From a virus (Duplodnaviria > Caudoviricetes), in the IMG/VR virus record IMGVR_UViG_3300036784_000019, positions 1-29,964 of that record: a stretch of 29,964 bases of DNA; one strand, written 5' to 3'. Positions 9,055 through 16,805 of this stretch are shown here, piece after piece (within the stretch, counting starts at the first letter, position 1; each line of letters starts with the position of its first letter). The position numbers and the translations under genes were made by a program. The notes beneath the pieces were generated by a model. The model worked only from the letters and a program-made list of their open reading frames with translations, was not told the DNA's origin and searched no databases.

Positions 9055-9659
9055 CCGAGGGGTGCTCCGTGGTGGTATCCGTTGGTGAGGCAGAACGTTG
9101 GATTGTGCTTGTTCGCGTACACGAGCCCGGCGGCTATCCAGCGGTCAATCATGTGCCCGTCGCTCTCGTAGCCATCCGGGTGGAAGCCGCCTGCCTTCTT
9201 CAGCACTTCAGCGCGGTGCATTATTCCGCTGGTGTCCGTGCGACCTGTGCCGGGAGGGAAGGCCGGGCCGTTAGTGGCGAAGTCCACCAGGGGGTCCTCG
9301 AACAGCTCAGCCATCTCCGCGATGTGGGTCGGCTCGTAGTCGTTATCGTCGTCCAGGTAGGCAATCAGGTCACCCTGCGCGCACCACGCGCCCACCAGCC
9401 GGGCAGTAGCCCCGTAGCCCTCGTCACCGGAGAACGATGACCAGTTGCGACCGAGGGAAATCATCCTGCGCCGGGAGATGCCGAACGAGTAGCCGGCCTC
9501 GTCCAGGGAGTTCACGGTCGCCGGGTCGTCCCCGTCGATGACCACCAGGTGCTCGATGTACGGGTAGGTCTGCCGGTCAACGCTGGCCGCCGCGTGGTGC
9601 AGGACGGTGGTGGGACGCTGCCACGATGACGTGACGACGGTGACCAGCGGCTCATTCAT
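9051..9659 (-). CDS. Glycosyltransferase family 2
   Basis: Start ATG 9659: PLVTVVTSSWQR...SVDRQTY..IEHLVVIDG...AQGDLIAYLDDDN. Confidence 0.9.
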   Translation of the reverse strand: MNEPLVTVVTSSWQRPTTVLHHAAASVDRQTYPYIEHLVVIDGDDPATVNSLDEAGYSFGISRRRMISLGRNWSSFSGDEGYGATARLVGAWCAQGDLIAYLDDDNDYEPTHIAEMAELFEDPLVDFATNGPAFPPGTGRTDTSGIMHRAEVLKKAGGFHPDGYESDGHMIDRWIAAGLVYANKHNPTFCLTNGYHHGAPLG

Positions 9660-9816
9660 CGCTTTCATCCCTTGCCTCCAGGCGCAGCAGCAGGAACTCG
9701 GCGCTGGGTAGCTGCTTGCGCATCTCGCAAAGCTGCCGGATAAGCAGCCAGGCCGGGTCGCCGGCGAAGGCATCGAACTCCTCCAGGCTGATCACCCGGT
9801 CGATCGTGTACCTCAT
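9652..9816 (-). CDS. Hypothetical protein
   Basis: ATG 9816 in ATGA overlap with the GT4 stop; fills the gap between the two GT genes. Confidence 0.55.
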   Translation of the reverse strand: MRYTIDRVISLEEFDAFAGDPAWLLIRQLCEMRKQLPSAEFLLLRLEARDESDE

Positions 9817-10880
9817 CCCTTGAATTCCCACCCTCCGGGGAACAGCATCTTGTACGCGTTCACCCATTCCGTGTAGTGCTTCTCGATGGTGTGCTCGGCA
9901 GCCCAGGCGTGAGCGTTCGCGCCCATCTCCTGCCGCAGCTTATCATCGCTGGCCAGCTCGGACAGGGCGCTCAGCCACTCGTGCTCGTGCTTCACCAGGA
10001 AGCCGTTCTCGCCGTGCCTGATGAACTTCCGGTACGGCTCAACGTCGCTGGCGATCACCGGCATGCCGCGCGCCATGTACTCCAGCGCCTTGATGTGGCT
10101 CTTCGAGCGCGCGAACTGGGTGTCGAGCAGCGGGCAGATGCCGATATCGAAGTCGATCGCCCGGTAGAAGATATCGGAGTCATCGCAGACGTGAATCCAC
10201 GGGATGTGGTAACTGCGCTCCGGCGGGCACCTGAACTCCCTGCGGTAGTCAACGCCGGACAGCACCAGGTCCCAATTCGGGAACCGCTTCATGAAGCGCC
10301 TGACGGCGGGGGTGGCCACGTGGATGTCCCTGCCGTGCGACGCGCCGCCCATCCAGCCCAGCCGGGGCCTGCCCTTGCGGTCGTCGTGCCCGAGATTCAG
10401 GGTGAACTCGGGAATGTAGTTCGGCAGGACTACAACAGGTGTCAGCGGCGTTAGCTCGCGGTGCATGTCGCCCAGGTACGGAGTCGAGCAGGTCACCAGA
10501 TTGGCGGTCGCGGTCAGGCGCAGTACTACCTCGCGGGCTTCGCTGCCTTCCTTGTAGCTCTCGTACGCCTGCTTGTTGTCGTGGGTGATGTGCCAGATAT
10601 CGTCGTCGTTCTCGTACACCGTGCGGCAGGTCGGAGTCGCAAAGCGCCGCCAGACGCCCATTCCGTCGAATGAGTTAGCCCGCTGGGCAACGATCACGTC
10701 GGCTTCAGGAGCATCGGTGAGCAGCAGCGGCGGGTCCGGCTCCCCGCGCATCATCTTGGGGCCGCCTTTGAAAAACTTGACGCTTACGCCGTCAGCGAGC
10801 TTGTCCACGGCGCGAAGGGGTACCAGCATCCTGTACCAGGCGCAGCCACTTCCGCCATCGTGGGACGCGTATATTCGCAC
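9813..10880 (-). CDS. Glycosyltransferase family 4 (GT-B), phage type
   Basis: SGCAWYRM, VYENDDD, LGWMGGASH, DIGICPL...KSHIKALEY..RGMPVIASD, HGENGFL. Confidence 0.9.
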   Translation of the reverse strand: MRIYASHDGGSGCAWYRMLVPLRAVDKLADGVSVKFFKGGPKMMRGEPDPPLLLTDAPEADVIVAQRANSFDGMGVWRRFATPTCRTVYENDDDIWHITHDNKQAYESYKEGSEAREVVLRLTATANLVTCSTPYLGDMHRELTPLTPVVVLPNYIPEFTLNLGHDDRKGRPRLGWMGGASHGRDIHVATPAVRRFMKRFPNWDLVLSGVDYRREFRCPPERSYHIPWIHVCDDSDIFYRAIDFDIGICPLLDTQFARSKSHIKALEYMARGMPVIASDVEPYRKFIRHGENGFLVKHEHEWLSALSELASDDKLRQEMGANAHAWAAEHTIEKHYTEWVNAYKMLFPGGWEFKG

Positions 10881-11040
10881 GCACTGATCCTACCTGATGA
10901 CTGCATTCACACCCCGCGCCGGCGCAGTCACCGTGCCAGTAAACGGCAAGCGCCGTAATGCGGCGGGCTACATCCTCGTCCGGCTGGTTTGCAGCCTCTT
11001 CGAAGATGTAGCCCGCTACTTCGCATTCGCGGCAGGTCAC
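10792..11040 (-). CDS. Small Cys/His-rich hypothetical protein
   Basis: GTGA coupling; CxxC...HxxCxxxxCxCxH; its 3' end overlaps the GT4 start. Confidence 0.5.
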   Translation of the reverse strand: MTCRECEVAGYIFEEAANQPDEDVARRITALAVYWHGDCAGAGCECSHQVGSVRANIRVPRWRKWLRLVQDAGTPSRRGQAR

Positions 11041-11831
11041 CTGCGGAGGTTAGCCAGGTCTGATTCGAGGGCGGCGAGGTTGACGCCGTGCCCGTCAAGG
11101 CCGGCGGAGGGGACCTCGCCCCAGATGCACGCCCACGCCTCAGAAGACATGAGGTGCCAGGCCGAGTACTGGATGGGCTGGATCGCGCCCCAGGTGACGC
11201 AGTAAAGGTACTCACTGTCGTACCCGACAAGCGGGATGCAGTGGCCGCCCTCGACGCTGCCGTTCTGGAAGTCGGCCGCCGTCCACGGCTGGCCCTGCTG
11301 GAACGCGTTCATCATCAGGTCGGTGACCGCGATGCCCGTGTAAGCGTAGCCGTAGGCGTTGACGGCGAACTGGAGGGTCTTGTAGTCGGTGACCGAGACC
11401 GGCGCGTAGGCGGCCAGCGTGCGGCCGAACCACCCGGTCTTCTTCACGTAAGCAAGGAAGTCAGCGAGTACCACGCCGGTATCCTGGCCGCCCGTGTACG
11501 TCAGGTAGTAGTCAACGATCTGCTGGCTGGTCAGCGGGAGCAGCGAAGTCTTGGTGTCCACGTCCACGCACATCTCGCCGTGGTTGTTTCCCGCGACGCC
11601 GCAGTCACCGTAGGAGTCGTTACCGTCCATGCCCCACGGCGTACCGTCAGCGTTCGCCGGGGGAACAGGCGGCTTGACGGACAGCGGGGCCGCAGGCAGC
11701 GCTCCGGCTACATACCAGGTGAGGTCGTAAAGGCCGTTTGGCACGTAGCCGGGAAGAGCGCCGAGCTTTCCTGCCTGCCGGCGGGGAGGCTCAGGACCGT
11801 ACAGGGTCTTACTGGTGAGAACCACTGGCAT
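11037..11831 (-). CDS. Papain-like (C1-type) cysteine peptidase
   Basis: GNDSYGDCGVAG (Cys), GGHCIPLVGYD (His), VTWG; SD AGGAG. Confidence 0.8.
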   Translation of the reverse strand: MPVVLTSKTLYGPEPPRRQAGKLGALPGYVPNGLYDLTWYVAGALPAAPLSVKPPVPPANADGTPWGMDGNDSYGDCGVAGNNHGEMCVDVDTKTSLLPLTSQQIVDYYLTYTGGQDTGVVLADFLAYVKKTGWFGRTLAAYAPVSVTDYKTLQFAVNAYGYAYTGIAVTDLMMNAFQQGQPWTAADFQNGSVEGGHCIPLVGYDSEYLYCVTWGAIQPIQYSAWHLMSSEAWACIWGEVPSAGLDGHGVNLAALESDLANLRR

Positions 11832-11870
11832 CTCCTGTCATAGCGGGGCAAAGCCCGTTATTCCAGGATA

Positions 11871-12110
11871 CTACGTCTGCCTCCACGGGCCAGGTCCGTC
11901 CGGGAACCGGCCGTGCGCCGCGCCGTCTTCCCCGACATCGGTGCCGGAGTTGCCGTCAACGCTCGGCCAGCCCTGGTGGTCGGCCTTGTTGTGCCGCCCG
12001 TCAGTGGCGTTGTAGTTCTCGCTGTGCACGTTGTGCGGCGACTGGACAGTGCCGCTCTCGTCGTCGTTATGGCCCACCACGTGCTCAACCGGGCCCCAGG
12101 TACTTGTCAT
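11871..12110 (-). CDS. Small disordered His/Asp/Gly-rich protein
   Basis: TGATG coupling; 79 aa, low complexity. Confidence 0.65.
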   Translation of the reverse strand: MTSTWGPVEHVVGHNDDESGTVQSPHNVHSENYNATDGRHNKADHQGWPSVDGNSGTDVGEDGAAHGRFPDGPGPWRQT

Positions 12111-12412
12111 CAGACTTCCTTCCAGGTGAGAGCTGACGGCGTGTAGCCGCTGTCCTTCACATCGGTGCCCAGGCCCGACTCCGGGGCCTTGCTGCCAGGA
12201 AGGACAGGCACGTCGTGCGCGTCGCCGAAACTGTGGAGGTTCCCGGCAACCACGTCGTGCGTAGCCTCCGAGTCCGTCCCCTGACCTGCGAAGCGCGGGT
12301 CCTTGTTCGTGATGGTGTTGCCGCCGGCCATGGAACTGTTGTACGCCGGGAACCCCTGGTTCTCAGGCAGGTTCGACAGGTCCGTGGTCGTCGGCTTCTC
12401 CGGGAACGTCAT
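12110..12412 (-). CDS. Small disordered protein
   Basis: SD GGAGG; 100 aa polar composition. Confidence 0.7.
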   Translation of the reverse strand: MTFPEKPTTTDLSNLPENQGFPAYNSSMAGGNTITNKDPRFAGQGTDSEATHDVVAGNLHSFGDAHDVPVLPGSKAPESGLGTDVKDSGYTPSALTWKEV

Positions 12413-12569
12413 CGCCTGCCACCTCCTCTGGTGCGCTTGCGGACGGCGTGTAAACGGCTTCCCCCATGGGAGCAGGGGCAGGGCCGTGCGTGCCGCGCAT
12501 GGGCCAGCGCTCCGGGTGCCACAAGTCAGCCAGGGGCATCGGCATCTGCACGGCAGGCACGGCCTTCAC
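12363..12569 (-). CDS. Small Pro-rich hypothetical protein
   Basis: Starts 2 nt after the upstream stop and fills the gap; overlaps the next gene by 50 nt. Confidence 0.4.
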   Translation of the reverse strand: MKAVPAVQMPMPLADLWHPERWPMRGTHGPAPAPMGEAVYTPSASAPEEVAGDDVPGEADDHGPVEPA

Positions 12570-12571
12570 AG

Positions 12572-13102
12572 TCAGGCTCCGGCGTTCGGGTGCTTGACAG
12601 AGGTGTGCCCGCTGCCAGCGCCGGTAGAGGTCGGGCGGTTACCCTCAAGTCCCGGCAGGGACGGGCCGGGGGAGTAGCCGTCGATGGCCTTGGTGGAATC
12701 CGAGGGCCCACCAATGGCGTTCGGCGCGGTCACGTCACGGTGAACGTTGCCCAGGTAACCGAAGGGGTCGGTGTAGCGAACCGATTCTCCGCCTGCCTGC
12801 GGGCTGCCGCCCTGCGAGCCGGGGGCACCCGTGCTGGTCACCTGATCGCGGGAAAGACCGGAGAGACCGTCCTCAAGCTGCCCGTGCTGGAGGGTGACAT
12901 CCGGCTCAGTGCCGCTTGCCCCCTGCGAGCCAGGAGCCCCGGTGGAGTACGACTGGTGGAAGCCGAAGATCTCGCTGGGAGTCTGGCCGACCTGGTTGGT
13001 GGGGTCGCCGCCAGCACCGTGGCCGCTGCGTGCCGTGCCCGGCGACTGACGCTGCGGCGTAGCGCTGCGCCCTGGGTTAGTCCCGTCGCTAACAGTTGCC
13101 AC
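12572..13102 (-). CDS. Gly/Ser/Thr/Pro-rich disordered protein with STGAPGSQG repeats
   Basis: SD AAAGGA; STGAPGSQG twice plus STGAGSG. Confidence 0.75.
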   Translation of the reverse strand: MATVSDGTNPGRSATPQRQSPGTARSGHGAGGDPTNQVGQTPSEIFGFHQSYSTGAPGSQGASGTEPDVTLQHGQLEDGLSGLSRDQVTSTGAPGSQGGSPQAGGESVRYTDPFGYLGNVHRDVTAPNAIGGPSDSTKAIDGYSPGPSLPGLEGNRPTSTGAGSGHTSVKHPNAGA

Positions 13103-13166
13103 TGTGTGTTCCTTTCACAGGAGTCATTCAAGCTCCAGTGTAGGACGGCAGTGACTAACAGGGAAG

Positions 13167-13547
13167 CTACAGCCTTTCGTCGTACCGGGACATGAGATCG
13201 ACCTTCGTCATTCCCTCGGCGCGGCCTTTGGTCATCTTGGGATCAACCGCAACGGCGTATTCCACCCAGGATGACTTAGGTGCGTTACCGTAAGGGCGCT
13301 TCGGCGGTTCCGGAACCTCTTCCGGCTGTGAAGTCTCTTCACCAACCTTAGTAAGCGTGCCAGGGGCCGGGCCGGAAGGGACTACAGGCTGAAGGCTCTG
13401 ATCGCCGGGGCCGCCATCGGCGTACACAGCGAATCCCGCGTTGACAAGCGTGGCGGCATCGTCATCCGACAGGTACAGCTTGTCATTCACGTCACCCGTT
13501 AGGTGCGGGGCCAGGACGATGGCACGAGTCAGCTTTACGCGGCGCAT
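13167..13547 (-). CDS. Post-capsid protein with C-terminal helix-extension-helix-like domain
   Basis: ATG 13547 lies 6 nt after TACTCT. RPYGNAPKSSWVEYAV...AEGMTKVDLM is typical of actinophage genes following the major capsid gene. Confidence 0.7.
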   Translation of the reverse strand: MRRVKLTRAIVLAPHLTGDVNDKLYLSDDDAATLVNAGFAVYADGGPGDQSLQPVVPSGPAPGTLTKVGEETSQPEEVPEPPKRPYGNAPKSSWVEYAVAVDPKMTKGRAEGMTKVDLMSRYDERL

Positions 13548-13560
13548 ACCGCCAGAGTAC

Positions 13561-13596
13561 ACGAAAGCCCCCCACCCGAAGGTGAAGGGCTTTCGC
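13561..13596 (-). terminator. Stem-loop terminator after the major capsid gene
   Basis: Minus strand GCGAAAGCCCTTCACC-TTCG-GGTGGGGGGCTTTCGT: 16-bp stem with G-U pairs and a cUUCGg loop. Confidence 0.8.
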
Positions 13597-13610
13597 GCTG
13601 TTACTGACGA

Positions 13611-14996
13611 TCAGCCGCCGTGGAAGGCGACGATGGGCTGCGGCGCGTAGGCGGGCGGGTTCAGCAGGTTCGCGTCCGCCCGGATGATGGCCCTGAAGCT
13701 CACCAGGTCGGTGGAGAACGCGAAGTCGTCTGACCGCTCGAAGCGCACGCCGCCGACCATGCGGACGTAGAACTGCGAGAAGTCCCCGAACAGGATGGAG
13801 CTGTTGCCGCTGGCCACGGCCGGCATGAACGGGTCCGCCACGATGGGCTTGCCGAGCAGCAGGTCGGGGGCACCGAGCACGATGGAGGGCTCCCAGATCG
13901 GGCGTCCCACCGTGTCAGTCAGCTTGCGCAGGGAGGCGAGGGTCTTGTCCGCCGCCAGCCAGTAGCAAGACCGGCTCTGGCGGTAGGGCGCGATCACGGA
14001 GTACTCCATGTCGAGCAGGTTGTTGTAGGAAGGACCGCCGACAACCTGGTTGGTCGCCGTCGCCGGGCCCGCCGTGATGTTAGCCGGTGTCGCGCCGGTC
14101 ACCGACACGGGAGCGCCGGCCAGGAGGCTGCCTGACAGGACACCGCCGTTGATGAGCTGGCTGCCCAGGTAGTTGCCGAGGTCACGGCCCGCCGACATGG
14201 CGAGGTAACCCAGCAGGTTGACGCCAGAATCGTCGATCAGCTCGCGGGCGACCTGGATCATCATGCCGAACTTGTTCGACGAGAGGGTCTTCTGCCCGAA
14301 GATCGGGTCGATGCCGGTGCCGTTCGCGAGAGTGCCGCCCTGCGCCGCCGTGACGGCGTTCATCACCTGCGGGCTGGCCGTGGACAGACCCGTGTGCGAC
14401 TGCACAATCGGCATCTGGATCGGCTCGCCGCCGGTGGTGTTCAGGACACTCGGCCCGGTCTGCATCACGCCGGAGACCTCAATGAGGTAGCTCAGGAGCT
14501 GGTCGTAGAAGTCGATCGGCACGATGCCGGCGTTGGTCTGGTTGGTGAACGTGCCCGGCGACACATAGCCGTCCGTCAGGACACGGACTTCAGTGGGGGT
14601 GATCGGGCGGCCCCCGCCGAGCCGGTGCATGAGCCGGGAGTTCGTGTTCGGGATCTCCAGCCCGATGCGGCCCTTGTCGTCACGCTGCGGGTTGGGGCTG
14701 AAGAACTTCCGGATCTCAGCCTCGATGCCGGTGGCCTGGCGAGCGCCGGAAACCTCAGGCCGGCCCGCCATGGCGTTGAACGCGTCGTCGCTTTCCTTGG
14801 CGCGCTTCTCGTCCGCAAGGACTTCCTTGAGGCGCTTGTCGTTCCCGTCCAGCTCCAGGTGGAGGGCGTCGTAACGCGCCTGCTCATCGGAGTTGAAGTT
14901 CCGGTGCTCATCGCTGGCCTTGAGCGTAATCTGCTCAATCTCGTGCCAGGTGCGCTGAACCTGCTCGTGCAGGCGCTTTGCAACTTCGGATGCCAC
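13611..14996 (-). CDS. Major capsid protein, HK97 fold with N-terminal delta (scaffold) domain
   Basis: GTG 14996 with SD AGAGGA; N-terminal coiled coil; IVPIDF, ARELIDDS, LRKLTDTVGRPIW, LLGKPI, ILFGDFS, FSTDLVSFRA. Confidence 0.95.
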   Translation of the reverse strand: MASEVAKRLHEQVQRTWHEIEQITLKASDEHRNFNSDEQARYDALHLELDGNDKRLKEVLADEKRAKESDDAFNAMAGRPEVSGARQATGIEAEIRKFFSPNPQRDDKGRIGLEIPNTNSRLMHRLGGGRPITPTEVRVLTDGYVSPGTFTNQTNAGIVPIDFYDQLLSYLIEVSGVMQTGPSVLNTTGGEPIQMPIVQSHTGLSTASPQVMNAVTAAQGGTLANGTGIDPIFGQKTLSSNKFGMMIQVARELIDDSGVNLLGYLAMSAGRDLGNYLGSQLINGGVLSGSLLAGAPVSVTGATPANITAGPATATNQVVGGPSYNNLLDMEYSVIAPYRQSRSCYWLAADKTLASLRKLTDTVGRPIWEPSIVLGAPDLLLGKPIVADPFMPAVASGNSSILFGDFSQFYVRMVGGVRFERSDDFAFSTDLVSFRAIIRADANLLNPPAYAPQPIVAFHGG

Positions 14997-15066
14997 TGTC
15001 TTTCCTCTCTTACGAGAATTGGACACTGGCTCCGCAACGACGTTGCGACCTCAGTAGTTCAGTTTC

Positions 15067-15113
15067 AAGATTAAAGGCGACTGTGAACTCGTGCAACAGC
15101 CGCCTTTAATCTT
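15067..15113 (-). promoter_or_regulatory. 18-bp RNA hairpin between the protease and capsid genes
   Basis: AAGATTAAAGGCGGCTGT-N11-ACAGTCGCCTTTAATCTT on the sense strand; one G-U pair. Confidence 0.65.
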
Positions 15114-15117
15114 TTGG

Positions 15118-16530
15118 CTAGTCCTCGGGAAGGGCGGTAAGCGCCTTCTTGCGCTCGAACATCCTCGCCATGGCCTCAGGGCCGGTCAGAGTGACGGGCG
15201 CAGGAGGCTCTTCGTTGCGCTCCTCGGCGGGCTCGCCCTCTTCCGAGCGGCTGTCCACCCGCACCGGGGTGTGCGGCCCCTCGTGGTCCTGCTCCTGGTT
15301 GCAGGGCAGGCCGTTATGGCGGCCCCAGCAAAGGCCCTTGCAGCCAGAGCCGTCCTCGTTGCCGTCGTGGCCCGCCGGGCGGACGCAGGGCTCGCCCTGG
15401 GTGTACTTCCGGCAGATCTGGCCGAATTCCTTGCCCTTGGCGGCGCGGATCTCGTCTTCGGTACGGACAGAGCGGTCGTCCTCGTCCACCATGCTGTCGC
15501 CCTCAGGCGCGGGCTCCTCTTCTGGCCGCACAGACCGGATGGAGATCGCCGGGTCGTCCAGGACACGCGACTCTTCCCGCTCAGCGGCAGGGGCGGGAGC
15601 CACAACCGGAACGCTGGAACGGTCACTGCGGCGGAAGAACTTGCTGGCCTGCCCGGCTTCCAGGAACGAGCGCACCTCTGTCGGGTCGGCGTCCACCCAG
15701 CTAGCCAGCGACTCGATCGCGCCGGCCAGGTTGCGGGCAGAAGCCGAGGTGTCCTTGTACGCGGGGTCCAGGACCGGCGCAACGTCCACCAGCTCGACAT
15801 TGTGAAGCGACCGCATGGGCAGGCCGTACTCAGACTCGCTCCAGGTGTCGTCCGTGCCGGGCTCCGGAACGCGGAAGGCAAAGCTGGAGTACCGCACGTC
15901 GCCACGGTCAACGTACTCAAGCACGTCAGCGCGGCAATTCGGCGGGTCCACGTCGTAGTGCAGCCCGCGCTCGTCAACGTTCAGCCGCAGCGTCCCGGCA
16001 AGCGTCGTGCCGAGCAGCATGTCGTCCTTGTGGTTGTACCGGCAGACGATATTCACGTCCGGGTGCGTGCCGTCCTGAATGCCGCGCAGGGCTTCGACGA
16101 ACGCAGTCGGCATGACCTTCTCGTGGAAGTTACCGAGACGCCGCGAGACCTTGTTGAACACCGCCGCGTAACCGCTGATGGTGTGAATAGTGCCGCTCTC
16201 GCCGTCAACGGAGCGCACTTCGGGCCGGTCAGCGATGTAACGCACCTCGGGGAACAGGGACTCCAGGGACCTGCCGTCCGAGTCGCCGTCCGCGTCAACG
16301 CCGTGGCGCTTGGCCGCTGCGAGGATCTTGGACTTGGCCTTCTCGAAGAACGGCGAGTTCTTCAGTTGCAGGGCCTTCTGAACGTGCGCCTTGTCATGAA
16401 TCGGGTAGTGACGGTACTTGTCTTCCGTCTTCCCGTTCTTCTTCGGCTTCCCCGGCTCGACGTAAGCGAATGCCGAGTCCGGCAGGTCGCTCCTGGAACC
16501 GGAGCTGAGCTTAGCGCGGTATTCCGACAT
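15118..16530 (-). CDS. HK97-family prohead protease with N-terminal DUF6582-like domain and C-terminal Cys/His repeats
   Basis: SGYAAVFN, YNH..LLG, L.VDERGL, RGDV..SSFAF, LVDVAPVLDPAYKDT; N-terminal LPDSAFA...YPIHDKAHV. Confidence 0.92.
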   Translation of the reverse strand: MSEYRAKLSSGSRSDLPDSAFAYVEPGKPKKNGKTEDKYRHYPIHDKAHVQKALQLKNSPFFEKAKSKILAAAKRHGVDADGDSDGRSLESLFPEVRYIADRPEVRSVDGESGTIHTISGYAAVFNKVSRRLGNFHEKVMPTAFVEALRGIQDGTHPDVNIVCRYNHKDDMLLGTTLAGTLRLNVDERGLHYDVDPPNCRADVLEYVDRGDVRYSSFAFRVPEPGTDDTWSESEYGLPMRSLHNVELVDVAPVLDPAYKDTSASARNLAGAIESLASWVDADPTEVRSFLEAGQASKFFRRSDRSSVPVVAPAPAAEREESRVLDDPAISIRSVRPEEEPAPEGDSMVDEDDRSVRTEDEIRAAKGKEFGQICRKYTQGEPCVRPAGHDGNEDGSGCKGLCWGRHNGLPCNQEQDHEGPHTPVRVDSRSEEGEPAEERNEEPPAPVTLTGPEAMARMFERKKALTALPED

Positions 16531-16555
16531 TTACTTACATCCCTTCAGGACATAC

Positions 16556-16591
16556 GTCTTCACGACCAGCGTAAGTGTTGCTGTGAAGACG
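16556..16591 (-). promoter_or_regulatory. Putative late promoter/operator, copy 2: TACGCT-N3-CGTGAAGAC with an inverted half-site upstream
   Basis: GTCTTCACG 16556-16564, -10 at 16568-16573, GTGAAGACG 16583-16591. Confidence 0.55.
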
Positions 16592-16601
16592 TTCAACAGT
16601 G

Positions 16602-16805
16602 CTACTCGGCAGCGGTGACTGCGAAGTAGCTAGGAGCATCAGTCCGGTACAGGTAAATGTCGCCCTGCGGGCGCTCCACCCGCCGGGACTGCCCTGGCTG
16701 CATCTGGGCTAGCTGGGTAGTAAGGAACATGGCGCGCTCGGCAGGCACCCCGTCTCCGAGAAGGCGGCCCTGAATTTCGCTGAGGTGAACTATCTCGGGC
16801 CACAT
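16602..16805 (-). CDS. Hypothetical protein
   Basis: TGATG coupling to the portal stop. Confidence 0.65.
   Translation of the reverse strand: MWPEIVHLSEIQGRLLGDGVPAERAMFLTTQLAQMQPGQSRRVERPQGDIYLYRTDAPSYFAVTAAE

Noticed and set aside
15091-16629. Long plus-strand ORFs (512 aa here; also 22119-23225, 12215-13195, 4022-4861 and others)
   Set aside because: Antisense shadows of well-supported minus-strand genes, as expected from high-GC codon bias; no motifs.
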